Positions 37,338 to 47,644 of a stretch of 64,000 nt of DNA are shown piece after piece. Positions within the stretch are counted from its first letter, which is position 1; the number at the start of each line of letters is the position of its first letter. Source of the stretch: a virus. The stretch lies in the IMG/VR virus record IMGVR_UViG_3300027816_000055. The stretch is one strand, 5' to 3'. The notes beneath the pieces are model-generated. The model worked only from the letters and a program-made list of their open reading frames with translations. It searched no databases and had not been told where the DNA came from. Both the position numbers and the translations under genes were made by a program.

Positions 37338-40300
37338 TTATACGGCCATAATTTTAGAAAATCCACGCTCTTTCTTGATTTCTAATTGCTTATCAACCAT
37401 ATCTTTCATAGCATCCAAATGACTTACAACCCATACAAAATCAAATGTATTGCGGAAGTACGACAATAGAGATGACATTGAATTGAGATTCTCTTTATCA
37501 GCACATCCAAATCCTTCATCAATTGCTATGAAATTAGGACGCGGCAAATTGGAGATATTTATTAATGCTACACGTATTGCAAGAGATAACACAAACTTTT
37601 CCAAACCGCTACCCATTTCAATTGGCCATTTCTTTCCATCATAATTGATATGACCAATAACATTCTTTCCATCGGTTGTTAAATTGACAGTGAATTCAAC
37701 AATTTGATGTAAAATATTATTAATTTCCGATTCTATTGTCGGTAACGCTTTGCTAATAAGATTGTATGGAATGCCGTCGCGACTGATTGCCATCATGTAA
37801 TATGTGTATGCATGTTGTTGCAATTCCCATATTTTTGCATTTTTAATTTGTTCTTCATAATTGGCTTTTTGTTCGTTTGCCAACATCAATTTTCCATTCA
37901 AATCTGAAATTTTACGAGTTGCTGTCTTTATTAGACTATCTAATTTATTAATATTGTCTTTTATTATTTTTATTTTTTCGTTTGTATTCTTATTAGACTC
38001 AATTGCATCTTTTTGTTTATAATACAAGGTAATGTCTTGTTCTAGAGTCAGAAGTTGATTCTCAAACTGAACAAGTTTTGTGGAATTTTTCAAAAACTCC
38101 GAGTTAGCATAATTATATTTTCTTTCCAGATCAGATTTTCTCTGAATAAGTTCATTGACTTTTTGGTTTTTTTCAACAACATCAGAAACCAAATTAATAT
38201 CATCAATTAGATTATCTTTACGAAGGGTTAATGATTCAATTTCTATCTGAATCTTGTTGTATTCCTCACCTGTTTTATTGATGTGATCTGCGTGTTTTTT
38301 GTTTGCTTTTACGCAAAAAGAACAATGCGGATCATACTCCATATTACTTCCAAAACTAGATAATATTGATTTTTTGGATGCTTTTTCTATGGTTTTCTTG
38401 TCAATTTCATTTTGAATCTTTTGAAGATCGCGATTCAAATTATCATAATGAGTTGTATTAGTTTTTAGTTTAATCAGATCAAACTTGTTTAATTCAATGT
38501 CAATTGCATCAATGACATGTTTTAACTTTTCAACCAATTGTTTAATCGATATATTATTTTCTGCCAAGGTATTTTTTTCAGAAATTATCTTCTTTTGAGT
38601 AGACTCCAACAAAATAATATTAGTCGGAGCATTGCCAATATTTATAATATTGGCCATTTCTTCCATTAATCTTTCATTTTCATATTTAAATTTAGATTCG
38701 ACTTTATCTAATTCAATATTTTCAGTCTCAAGATTTTTCTTTAATACAACAATTTCCTGAATTCTCTGTTCAAGTAATTTTGGATAATCGGTTTTATTAT
38801 AATTTTTAAGGAGTGTAGTAATTTCTTTGCTTTCAGACTTGGCAATTTGATCCAATTGATCGTATACTGTAATTCCCATGAATTTGGCGATCAAATCTTT
38901 ACGATCTGCCTGCCCCATATCAATGAAATTACCTACGCTATTATTTTGAATGCTTAATACAGTTAGTAGAAAATCATCGTATGTACCAATATAATCACGT
39001 ATAACATCATTTGTATTACGTCGTGCCTCGCCATTTAAATCGATCATTTTGTTGTCTTTATCTAATTGATAAAATTTTACATCAACTTTGACATTTCCTT
39101 TTTTGTCCTGAACACCAACTCGTTCAATAAAATAATCAACTCCCTCAATTTCAAAATTAAATTTGCAATTGAAGCTCATTTTTTGTGTATTCAAAACATG
39201 AACCGCTTTAAATGCACGATCACATTTATCAAACAAACAGTACGATAATGCAGACAAAATACTACTCTTACCGCTTGCATTTGCAGCAAATAATCCAATT
39301 AATCCTTTGAGTGTAGTAAAGTCAATCACATTGCCTTCTCCATAAGAGAACATATTTTCAAACTCAAACCGCTTTGGCTTCCAACGAATATTACGAGGAA
39401 CAAGTTCTTTTTCTAGCTTACCATTGACATCTTTATTGATTTCAAAAATCTGATCAATCAATTCTTCAGTCATTACTTCGCGTTTCTTTTCTAACAAAAA
39501 CTCTTTGATCAATTGATTTTGATAATCAACATTTGATGCAATACTGATAAGATTGATATTTGTAGTATCAATGATATTTTTCTTTTCTTCATCTGTGTTG
39601 ATTTTATCATATGTAATTTCAATTAATTCATGCTTTTTGCTCATTTTTGCCATCAAAGATTTTACTTCTGACGGAATTGTTTCTTTACATTTTGCTCTTA
39701 ATGTAACTTTTTTAGGCATGCTGCTTACATCAGTCAGCAATTTACCCTTTTCAATTTCTACGGTAAAAAATCCGTAGTCATTTGGCAATTCTACATGTGT
39801 ATATTCATGATGTTTAATGTCCCATATTACATATCCGTGTTTCTCTAAAGCTTCACCATGATTCTGTTGAATCATAGATCCCGCGTATAGAATAACAGGT
39901 TTATTATAATTGACACTATGTTCTTGAAGTCTCTGAAATTTATGAATATCTCCCAACAAAACAATATCATGACCGTCAAAACTATCATTTGATACTGTTT
40001 TACTCACCACTCTATATCCAACATCAGTGGTAGCACCTTGAACAGGACCATGAAATAATGCGATTCGTGAATCAGTCTCGTTAATTAGTTTTTTAGGAAT
40101 GTTAGCCGCAGGAATATACTTTGTATAATCATCAAATACAGAATAATGATTGAATAACAAATTTCCCAACACAAACAAGCCACTTTCTTTAAGATAAAAT
40201 AGGTGTGGGTGGTTCAATGGTTCAACTACTGAAGTTAAACTATCCAATCTAGTTTTATTGTTTAATGTTGCATCGTGATTGCCTGAAATAAGAATGGTTG

Positions 40301-40553
40301 TACGTTTATCAGCAATTGTCTTCAGAAAATCACTGGCTAATTTAAGCGATTCTGGAACCAAGTCAGTTTTATTATGAAATAAATCTCCTAGAATTGCAAC
40401 AACGGTTGTTTCTGGAGTTTTATCTATCTCTTTATAAAATTTTTCAAATACTTCACGATATTCTTCATGTCGCTTTAACAGACGAATGTGAATGTCCGCC
40501 ACATGAACTATGTGAGTAAATTTTTTTACATTTGTATTTAAATACTTTGTCAT
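37338..40553 (-). CDS. fused SbcD/Mre11 (gp47-like) nuclease and SbcC/Rad50 (gp46-like) SMC ATPase
   Basis: HVADIH, ILGDLFH, SGNHD, LGDIH (phosphoesterase); AANASGKSS (Walker A), CSFC (zinc hook), MGSGLE (signature), IAIDEGFG (Walker B), VVSH. Confidence 0.93.
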   Translation of the reverse strand: MTKYLNTNVKKFTHIVHVADIHIRLLKRHEEYREVFEKFYKEIDKTPETTVVAILGDLFHNKTDLVPESLKLASDFLKTIADKRTTILISGNHDATLNNKTRLDSLTSVVEPLNHPHLFYLKESGLFVLGNLLFNHYSVFDDYTKYIPAANIPKKLINETDSRIALFHGPVQGATTDVGYRVVSKTVSNDSFDGHDIVLLGDIHKFQRLQEHSVNYNKPVILYAGSMIQQNHGEALEKHGYVIWDIKHHEYTHVELPNDYGFFTVEIEKGKLLTDVSSMPKKVTLRAKCKETIPSEVKSLMAKMSKKHELIEITYDKINTDEEKKNIIDTTNINLISIASNVDYQNQLIKEFLLEKKREVMTEELIDQIFEINKDVNGKLEKELVPRNIRWKPKRFEFENMFSYGEGNVIDFTTLKGLIGLFAANASGKSSILSALSYCLFDKCDRAFKAVHVLNTQKMSFNCKFNFEIEGVDYFIERVGVQDKKGNVKVDVKFYQLDKDNKMIDLNGEARRNTNDVIRDYIGTYDDFLLTVLSIQNNSVGNFIDMGQADRKDLIAKFMGITVYDQLDQIAKSESKEITTLLKNYNKTDYPKLLEQRIQEIVVLKKNLETENIELDKVESKFKYENERLMEEMANIINIGNAPTNIILLESTQKKIISEKNTLAENNISIKQLVEKLKHVIDAIDIELNKFDLIKLKTNTTHYDNLNRDLQKIQNEIDKKTIEKASKKSILSSFGSNMEYDPHCSFCVKANKKHADHINKTGEEYNKIQIEIESLTLRKDNLIDDINLVSDVVEKNQKVNELIQRKSDLERKYNYANSEFLKNSTKLVQFENQLLTLEQDITLYYKQKDAIESNKNTNEKIKIIKDNINKLDSLIKTATRKISDLNGKLMLANEQKANYEEQIKNAKIWELQQHAYTYYMMAISRDGIPYNLISKALPTIESEINNILHQIVEFTVNLTTDGKNVIGHINYDGKKWPIEMGSGLEKFVLSLAIRVALINISNLPRPNFIAIDEGFGCADKENLNSMSSLLSYFRNTFDFVWVVSHLDAMKDMVDKQLEIKKERGFSKIMAV

Positions 40554-41488
40554 ATTAATTTCATTTTAATCAGATTGTCAAATTCAATGATGGGAGATTT
40601 ATTGATGATTTCCCATGTTTTATCAAATCCCAATAGTGATGGATCCTTTTCTTCCAGTTTAACCCAAGCAGTAGGAATATGGTTACGTACCAGATACTCG
40701 CATAATTTTACTGTGTCAGCGTAAGCATCATTATCTAACAATACATTTACTCTAGGTACGTCGCTTTCAAGCAAACGAGCTTTGAGTTTCTTGGACATAT
40801 TCTTTCCAAATAATGGAATAACATTTCTACGAACAGATATGGCATCAAATTGTCCTTCAACCAAAGTGATAGGTTCATCAAAATTGATTAACAGTTCATT
40901 TCCAATGATATTTTTAGAAAAATTACATAGCTTATATTTGTGTCCTGATAATCCCAAATAATCACGGGCGGAAAAGAAATTCAACTTACCATCAACGTCA
41001 TATGATGGTATGATAATACGGTGTTGATAATAACCAGTGTCACAATATCCAATATTGTATCGTAGAATATCATATTTTGTTATGTTACGCGCAAGTACAT
41101 AATTGAGCGCCATTTTATAATGGCGTGTATTTGAAGGAATCGCAAGTGGTTTGAATTCATCCGGCAATCTATTAATTGCAGTTACTTCCTGTAAGTCATC
41201 AAAATTTATTTTCCATTCAGAGCCATCGGAACGCATCTGTTCGACTTCTCCCAGTATTGCATAATACTCCGACGAAGCTTGCATTTTCTTAAATAAGGAG
41301 CGAAAACTAAGCCCTCTGAAATTACAGACCCAACAATTATATTTGCCTGTTGTAAGACTAACTTCTAGTTTACGTTTATAATGTTTGCAATGAGGACAGT
41401 AATAAACTGCGTCTGTTCCTTTACGGATTTTTGCTGTCTGATTAAACAGTTTGTTGAGTGCTACCAAAATTGTCTCTTGTCTTAGCAT
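40550..41488 (-). CDS. DNA primase-like protein (zinc finger + TOPRIM)
   Basis: CPHC...YNCWVC; HRIIIPSYD...FFSARD; LVEGQFDA; LLDNDA. Confidence 0.85.
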   Translation of the reverse strand: MLRQETILVALNKLFNQTAKIRKGTDAVYYCPHCKHYKRKLEVSLTTGKYNCWVCNFRGLSFRSLFKKMQASSEYYAILGEVEQMRSDGSEWKINFDDLQEVTAINRLPDEFKPLAIPSNTRHYKMALNYVLARNITKYDILRYNIGYCDTGYYQHRIIIPSYDVDGKLNFFSARDYLGLSGHKYKLCNFSKNIIGNELLINFDEPITLVEGQFDAISVRRNVIPLFGKNMSKKLKARLLESDVPRVNVLLDNDAYADTVKLCEYLVRNHIPTAWVKLEEKDPSLLGFDKTWEIINKSPIIEFDNLIKMKLI

Positions 41489-42098
41489 GATTATTTTGAA
41501 TCACTGTATCAGAATGATTTGCTTCGATCAAGTTTTTATCTTCAGAAAGTTTTTTCCATGGATTTGCTTCTATCGCCACAGCCAATTTCATCAATTTGAT
41601 CATGTCAAATTCAGATTCTGTGGAGTTATTGCCTTTATTTTGTTCACTATTCATATTGGGAACTTCCAGTGCAGGTTCTTGTGCCGACTGTGGTTTTGGT
41701 ATAAACCCAATTGCGTTTCTTGAAATTATTGCTTGCATCAAATACATTGAATAATCATCAAAATTTTTTTGATAATATTCATATGCATCAACAATATTAT
41801 TATATTGCTCATCCGTTAATTTAATTCTCAATATATTTTTAGACTCGCCACAGCCAAATGACGGAGTTTGTAAAATCATGCAAATCAAATTAGACAATAA
41901 TTTTCTGTCATGTTGGTGTCTAATAATAAAATAACGATTATGAGATTCTTGCAATTCAACAAAATCAGCGTCTGAAAGATTGTATTTTTCATATAATCTT
42001 TGAAGTTTGATCTTTGCAGACTCCGCTTCACCACCAACACCATGATCCGCTAATTTTTTTACCTTGCGTACTAATTCCAATATGGTTTTTTTATCCAT
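41442..42098 (-). CDS. DUF2786-like domain protein
   Basis: LVRKVKKLADHGVGGEAESAKIKLQRLYEKYNLS matches the KI.KLL.LA...EA..A......LM.KY.I pattern. Confidence 0.65.
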   Translation of the reverse strand: MDKKTILELVRKVKKLADHGVGGEAESAKIKLQRLYEKYNLSDADFVELQESHNRYFIIRHQHDRKLLSNLICMILQTPSFGCGESKNILRIKLTDEQYNNIVDAYEYYQKNFDDYSMYLMQAIISRNAIGFIPKPQSAQEPALEVPNMNSEQNKGNNSTESEFDMIKLMKLAVAIEANPWKKLSEDKNLIEANHSDTVIQNNHAKTRDNFGSTQQTV

Positions 42099-42099
42099 A

Positions 42100-42597
42100 T
42101 CAATACATAGAAGTTACTATTGCATCATACATATCAAAATTACGATCATCCCAATTACCATTTTTCTTTGTTTTGTCCCATTTTGCTAATGGCATTTTGG
42201 CTTCAAGTTGCATTTTGACAAAATCTTTTGACTTTATTCCTTTAATACGACATTTTCCAAACGCCTTTTTACGCATTGTATTGACACTAACTAAATTAAC
42301 AGGTATTTTCCAATATTCACTTATAATATATTCAAATAATGCATTGAATCTAGCAAGTTTAATAATAACTTGTTGGCTTGTGAATCCACCTGCAAATCCA
42401 CTCAAAGCAGCTTCTAGATTGATTTTGTCTACTTTGTTTATAAGCGGATGTTTTTTCAGTGTGTCGATAACCAAAAATGCCTTTTCTTTGTTGGTGGATA
42501 ATTTACTTATGTCAATAAATCCACAATCTTGTACTGCATTTTGGTCAAAAAAAGACCACCCTACGGTGGTCGTGCTTGCATCAAATCCTAATGTCAT
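42100..42597 (-). CDS. RuvC-like Holliday junction resolvase
   Basis: MTLGFDASTTTVGWS, INLEAALSG, DMYDAIV. Start set at ATG 42597. Confidence 0.75.
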   Translation of the reverse strand: MTLGFDASTTTVGWSFFDQNAVQDCGFIDISKLSTNKEKAFLVIDTLKKHPLINKVDKINLEAALSGFAGGFTSQQVIIKLARFNALFEYIISEYWKIPVNLVSVNTMRKKAFGKCRIKGIKSKDFVKMQLEAKMPLAKWDKTKKNGNWDDRNFDMYDAIVTSMY

Positions 42598-42619
42598 ATA
42601 ACCATAAATAGTATAAAAC

Positions 42620-42916
42620 TTATGGTTTATATTTTTTATTTGATAATCCTTGAGTATATTGAGATAATTGCTTAGAAGTACTGTTTCTGCGATCTGGTAC
42701 ATCAGCCAAGCTTGATAAGCCGGTAGGCATTTTTACTCTAAATCCACCTTTATCAATACTATATTTCTGACCTTGAATAGACGGTTCAACTGACGGTGCC
42801 ACAGTATCCTCCGCCGTTACAATATTTTTTGCATCAAACGCTCCTCCAGCTTTTTGCTTATTGTATCTACTTTCTAAATCAGTGATTAAAGAATCTCTAT
42901 TGATTGGGTTGGGCAT
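42620..42916 (-). CDS. hypothetical protein
   Basis: Clean ORF preceded by TATTTATA. Confidence 0.6.
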   Translation of the reverse strand: MPNPINRDSLITDLESRYNKQKAGGAFDAKNIVTAEDTVAPSVEPSIQGQKYSIDKGGFRVKMPTGLSSLADVPDRRNSTSKQLSQYTQGLSNKKYKP

Positions 42917-42943
42917 ATTTTATCTTTCTTTTTATAAATATTG

Positions 42944-43828
42944 TTAAATATCCCATTTAACCAAAATATTTAGTGGTAATTCACCACTATTTTTAATTGG
43001 CATTCCTAATTTTGCTACACCTACCAATTCCGCTCCGCTATACAAACCAATCGTGGTAATAAATGGAGCCAAATAAGAACCAGTTTTATCTAGCGAAGAA
43101 CTATAATCAAAATTAAAAAATTCAGTATTAATCTTACCATGACCATACTTTCCGGTTTTTTCGTCCAAGTATCTTACGATTGATTCTGTGCTTTTACGAA
43201 TTGATCGAATGTCGGCATATTTAAAAATTACATCTTTTGTCAATGTATTTGTAAAGTATTTAAACATTAAATATGCATCCGTGATTTGAATTTTACTGTT
43301 TCCATCAACATCGAAACTGTTGTATATAGATTCTAAATAATTAATATAAGGAACATGATATGAAGAATCTTTACTTTGTAAATTATATTTTTCTGAGTAA
43401 TATGTGTACCAATCAATGTCATCATCTGTGAAAAAGTTAGACAAATAATTATACCATTGGTAATCATTATTTACTTTTAAACTAATATATCTTAAAATTA
43501 AATCTAAATCAACATATGTAAAATAATTATTTTTATCAATATCAAATTCAAATACATTTGGAATCAATGCACTTGGATTTGTACTGTAATTGAATTCACC
43601 CGGTTCTATTCTGCACAGTACTTGTTTTTCATATAATGTCTGCTGACTTTTATACGTAATATTGTATTTTGGTAATGTTAAATTAGATCTATCTTTCAAT
43701 AATTCATCAAATACAGAACCGCTGTTTGAAAAAATAATTTTTCCATTACGATAAAAAACATTTCCAACAACATGATCATTGACCAAATTATTTAAATCGT
43801 AAATATATGCAGATCCACTTGTTATCAT
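42944..43828 (-). CDS. virion structural protein (C-half paralog of 45869-46963) with dockerin/EF-hand-like pair
   Basis: GNVFYRNG, EFNYSTNPS, FITTIGLY...VAKL shared with 45869-46963; DIDKNNYFTYVDLDLILRY and DVDGNSKIQITDAYLMFKY. Confidence 0.7.
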   Translation of the reverse strand: MITSGSAYIYDLNNLVNDHVVGNVFYRNGKIIFSNSGSVFDELLKDRSNLTLPKYNITYKSQQTLYEKQVLCRIEPGEFNYSTNPSALIPNVFEFDIDKNNYFTYVDLDLILRYISLKVNNDYQWYNYLSNFFTDDDIDWYTYYSEKYNLQSKDSSYHVPYINYLESIYNSFDVDGNSKIQITDAYLMFKYFTNTLTKDVIFKYADIRSIRKSTESIVRYLDEKTGKYGHGKINTEFFNFDYSSSLDKTGSYLAPFITTIGLYSGAELVGVAKLGMPIKNSGELPLNILVKWDI

Positions 43829-43831
43829 AAT

Positions 43832-45241
43832 TTAAGCTTTTTCAATTACAGGAGATCCTATAATTATTGAAGTGTCATATAACGCAGCATCATATCCATA
43901 AACACTATATGATTCTCCGTATATTTTGTTTTTTGTTAAAGTTGTAATTGGATTCCAGAACGATTCAGTTGTCTTTTGATAAACTACAACCTGCCCTAAA
44001 ATATTGTATTCATGATCATTCGGATTACAATCATATTTTTTATATAATGTATTTTCAACATACGATTGCGAAAATGGCCAGTTTGTTTTTAATGAAGTTA
44101 TTACAGAAGATGTGTTATACATTTCTACATCCCATCCAAAGTAGTTGGTTTTTAATAACTCATCCGTTCCATATTCTTTTTGAATTAAACTCCAATAAAT
44201 TCCTGTGTCAGTACAGTCTTCATAAAAATAAACTGCACCTCGTTGATGAAATATGTCAGATCCGTCGTATTGAAAATAATTTATATCAGTTGGAGATCCA
44301 ACCATGATTGATTTTCCATAGATTGCGACCGAACGACCGTAACTAGATGAATTGGCTGATGACGTAACATACGGCGGCCAATTATTGTTAATCGTTTGCA
44401 GCGATTGTGTTAATTCTAGTGATCTATTTTCTGATAATATAGCTCCTTCCTTCCAATATCCGCTTGAAGAATTATAATTGAAAATATAAACATTTCCAGT
44501 CAGTGGTGATTTATTACCAACAATAATGTTATACGATCCACTTTGATCTATTTTTACCACACTTCCAAATTTACTATTATTAGTAGTATTACTTCCAGTT
44601 AACGTTTGATAATACGTCCATGTGCCAGAGATATTTTTATATAAATACACAGCACCTTGGCTTGCAGAAATATTACTTGCACCTATTGCTAATATATCAT
44701 TATATAATGACACAGATTCACCAAATGATGTATTAACGTCATATGAAGATTCAAATGTATTAATAATGGTTGTAACAAAACTTGCAGTTTGTGTAATTGA
44801 ACCAGATAAAGAAAAAATATCAACACTAGAACCAGTTAAAGTTGTTGTCGCATTGTCTGATACTTTATAATAGAATAGAGAATCACCAATTGCTAACGTA
44901 GTATTGTATAACGCTACGGATTGTCCAAATCTACTTGCGGTAAAGACTAAATAATCATATTCATACAAAAATTGAGAGCTTGTAACTACATTTGATCCCG
45001 TGTCTGTTGCCAAAATTTCCGGGGTTTCTGATGCCAAATAGATATCAGGAGTCCATACTTTTTTAATAGTATCTTTATGCTTATATGAATCTGAAATATT
45101 ATTATACTGAAGTACTTCAACGCTGCCTGTCGCAAATACAGATGATGAATATGCAAATATTGACGGATTCGCAATAGCAACATATGTTTTATTGGTCGCT
45201 ACTGAGTATCCATAATTTGCATTATCAATATTAAAACTCAT
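43832..45241 (-). CDS. FG-GAP repeat beta-propeller protein (virion-associated)
   Basis: Repeats RFGQSVAL, SFGESVSL...IGA..GAVYLY, KFGSVVKI, SYGRSVAI...RGAVYFY, YFGWDVEM. Confidence 0.8.
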   Translation of the reverse strand: MSFNIDNANYGYSVATNKTYVAIANPSIFAYSSSVFATGSVEVLQYNNISDSYKHKDTIKKVWTPDIYLASETPEILATDTGSNVVTSSQFLYEYDYLVFTASRFGQSVALYNTTLAIGDSLFYYKVSDNATTTLTGSSVDIFSLSGSITQTASFVTTIINTFESSYDVNTSFGESVSLYNDILAIGASNISASQGAVYLYKNISGTWTYYQTLTGSNTTNNSKFGSVVKIDQSGSYNIIVGNKSPLTGNVYIFNYNSSSGYWKEGAILSENRSLELTQSLQTINNNWPPYVTSSANSSSYGRSVAIYGKSIMVGSPTDINYFQYDGSDIFHQRGAVYFYEDCTDTGIYWSLIQKEYGTDELLKTNYFGWDVEMYNTSSVITSLKTNWPFSQSYVENTLYKKYDCNPNDHEYNILGQVVVYQKTTESFWNPITTLTKNKIYGESYSVYGYDAALYDTSIIIGSPVIEKA

Positions 45242-45867
45242 AGGGTAGATTCGAATGTAACTTTTTGAAATGTAGAAAAATAAATACCATCTAAAATTAA
45301 ATTAGTATTACCATCATCGATTATAGTGTAATCAATTTCTCCAAGATTGTCCTGAATTAACACTGAATTTGGTATAATTTTTTCACCAAATTGATTTTTA
45401 GATAACGTAAACACATCTACCGTATCAGTCAATAAACGGTAATTTGAATTTAAATTAATATTTTCTAATCCCCATATTTGAGTAGGATTATCATATGTGT
45501 TATAAAATAATTGTTTATTTACAGCGTATACAACACTCATGAAAGTGCCGTCTGAATTGACTGGCTGTGAACCTGAATTATAATAAGGACTAGTAATTGG
45601 AAAATAAGTTCCACTTCCACTTATGCCACGTTGATATTTTAGAGTTAATTGTGAATCTTGTTGTTGCAATGCTAAATTACAATAACTATTTGTTATTGGA
45701 GCAGACAGTCCATCTTGATAGTCGATATAAATATGAGATATCGATCCAGATTCTGAGCCAGACATCCACAAAATAAGATCTTCATCTTCTATATTTTGTA
45801 AGTTCCATGTTTTGGCTGCAATAAATGGAGTGACTTGAATATCATCTCTATTTAAACTTTTAATCAT
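45238..45867 (-). CDS. virion structural protein (N-half paralog)
   Basis: VFTLSKNQFGEKIIPNSV...DDGNTNL is comparable to VISFSTTRYKDRVDEGQL...IDD in 45869-46963; baseplate context. Confidence 0.55.
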   Translation of the reverse strand: MIKSLNRDDIQVTPFIAAKTWNLQNIEDEDLILWMSGSESGSISHIYIDYQDGLSAPITNSYCNLALQQQDSQLTLKYQRGISGSGTYFPITSPYYNSGSQPVNSDGTFMSVVYAVNKQLFYNTYDNPTQIWGLENINLNSNYRLLTDTVDVFTLSKNQFGEKIIPNSVLIQDNLGEIDYTIIDDGNTNLILDGIYFSTFQKVTFESTL

Positions 45868-45868
45868 G

Positions 45869-46963
45869 TTAGAAATCTAGTCTTACACGTACTAATAATT
45901 CGCTGTCAAAGCTCTTTTGAACTGGTTGACTTAGTTTTGCAACAGCTACCAATTCGTTAGATGAATCATATAATCCAATAGTTGTTGGATATGCCTTTGG
46001 ATCAGTTAAAAATTCAGTAATTTTAATTGTTCCTTTAGTATTACCATCGGTTCCGTCACTAACATAAGTTGGATTGTTACTATAATTAAAGTCTTGATTT
46101 TTTACACGAACGAAATACTGTCTAGATGGTAAAAATTCAGATTTACGAACCTTCATTACAGAAGTTTGAGCTTTAACTAAAGCACCATACAAATATTGTT
46201 GATTTATTTTATAGTTTCCTGTATTTGACTCGTTTACCGTAATACCCACTTGATTTTTGATTGCATCCGCATTCAACACAATCACGCCTGTTTTTGGATA
46301 AAACAAACCAATCGATTGATATGCTACTACATTGCCGGTTTTATATGGATTAGGAACACCATCAACAACGCTTCCACTGATGATATTGTATACGTCTTGT
46401 TGAGTTTTAATTACCGATGAATCATCGATAAATGTTAATTTATCGACACTTCCACTCAAAGTAAATTCAAGTTGTCCTTCATCAACACGATCTTTGTAAC
46501 GTGTTGTAGAAAAGCTAATAACAAAAATTGATGATCCTGTGACTACGGTGGTGGCATCAATTGGTGCATTACCAGTTGTATAACTGCCTGTTTTAAAACT
46601 AAAATATTGATCATCAGGATTTAACAAATAATTTTTGTATTGTGAGTATATCGCTTTGGTTGGATTTGCTAAACTACTTGTGTTCGCATCACCAGATCCA
46701 GAATTGTTATAATTACCATATGCAATAGAAAAATGAACTTGTGCATTGATATCTGTTGTTGGATTAGCGTTGTATACATCAAAATAATACAATCCACTCT
46801 TTACATCAGTGGCTCCATTAGATCCGGTTATTTGCGTTTGAGTAGAAGATGTAAACAACGCTGATTGTGAATGAGCATAGTTACCATCCAGCCAAAATCC
46901 AGATGAGACTCTGTTTGTTCTTCCCAAAACAATATCGGTGTCAGAAAATTGATTAAATATCAT
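45869..46963 (-). CDS. virion structural protein (baseplate/tail-associated)
   Basis: GLFYPKTGVIVL, QYFVRVKNQDFNYSNNPTY, YPTTIGLYDSSNELVAVAKLSQP. Confidence 0.65.
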   Translation of the reverse strand: MIFNQFSDTDIVLGRTNRVSSGFWLDGNYAHSQSALFTSSTQTQITGSNGATDVKSGLYYFDVYNANPTTDINAQVHFSIAYGNYNNSGSGDANTSSLANPTKAIYSQYKNYLLNPDDQYFSFKTGSYTTGNAPIDATTVVTGSSIFVISFSTTRYKDRVDEGQLEFTLSGSVDKLTFIDDSSVIKTQQDVYNIISGSVVDGVPNPYKTGNVVAYQSIGLFYPKTGVIVLNADAIKNQVGITVNESNTGNYKINQQYLYGALVKAQTSVMKVRKSEFLPSRQYFVRVKNQDFNYSNNPTYVSDGTDGNTKGTIKITEFLTDPKAYPTTIGLYDSSNELVAVAKLSQPVQKSFDSELLVRVRLDF

Positions 46964-46970
46964 AATATTA

Positions 46971-47600
46971 TTATACGGTTACTTTTACTGGAATAGTAAG
47001 ACTGCCACCACTTTCATTACCAATAATTGTAATGGTCGATGTAGTAGTTACAGTTAAAGCTGAATTTGGCACAAATTTAAATTGTATACCAATAACAACT
47101 TGAGAGCTTTCTGTTACGGCATCACCAGCAAAACTCGGAATTGTACTAGATACACTATTTAAACTATTTACTTGGGTTACAATTAAAGTTCCGATATTTT
47201 TATTACCCAAAATTGCAGTATATCCTAGTGTTGTATTGTAAGTAGGATTTGTGCTTGGTGAGATGATAACATCGGCTGCATATGCCCGTGGAATATCAAT
47301 AGAGGATTGTGCAACACTAATAACAGGAATCGCAGTGACACCTGCTGGTAATGTGACTAGTTTATATTTCATTAATTGCGATTCGTCGCTAAATGGTTCC
47401 AAAACAGGAGTATTTCGTAATGCCAAATCATAATAAGCACTACCAAGTGGATGATTTGATTGATAAAGATTATAATCAATTTCATCATCGGCCAAAGCAA
47501 ATGAAGTTATGTTCAAATTACCATTTTTTGCAAGCAACTCTCGTCCTTTTTTTGTCAAGGTTGCAGTTACGGTTAATGTATTGTTATCTAAATATGCCAT
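46971..47600 (-). CDS. virion structural protein (tail-collar/baseplate-like N-terminus)
   Basis: TLTKKGRELLAK...ITSFALADDEIDY resembles the fibre-attachment LT..G...LA..ITxFAxGD motif. Confidence 0.6.
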   Translation of the reverse strand: MAYLDNNTLTVTATLTKKGRELLAKNGNLNITSFALADDEIDYNLYQSNHPLGSAYYDLALRNTPVLEPFSDESQLMKYKLVTLPAGVTAIPVISVAQSSIDIPRAYAADVIISPSTNPTYNTTLGYTAILGNKNIGTLIVTQVNSLNSVSSTIPSFAGDAVTESSQVVIGIQFKFVPNSALTVTTTSTITIIGNESGGSLTIPVKVTV

Positions 47601-47644
47601 ATTACTTATAAGTATGTTTGTTCTGCACTATTTTCATTTAAATA

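Noticed and set aside
42014-42601. 195-aa plus-strand ORF and the other antisense ORFs in the track (e.g. 3323-3553, 15471-15818, 44622-44870, 59321-59638)
   Set aside because: They are shadows of well-supported opposite-strand genes and have no recognisable motifs.
47603-47614. 12-bp palindrome TACTTATAAGTA as an independent operator
   Set aside because: It is AT-rich and coincides with the TA(C/T)TTATA box, so it is counted under that motif.
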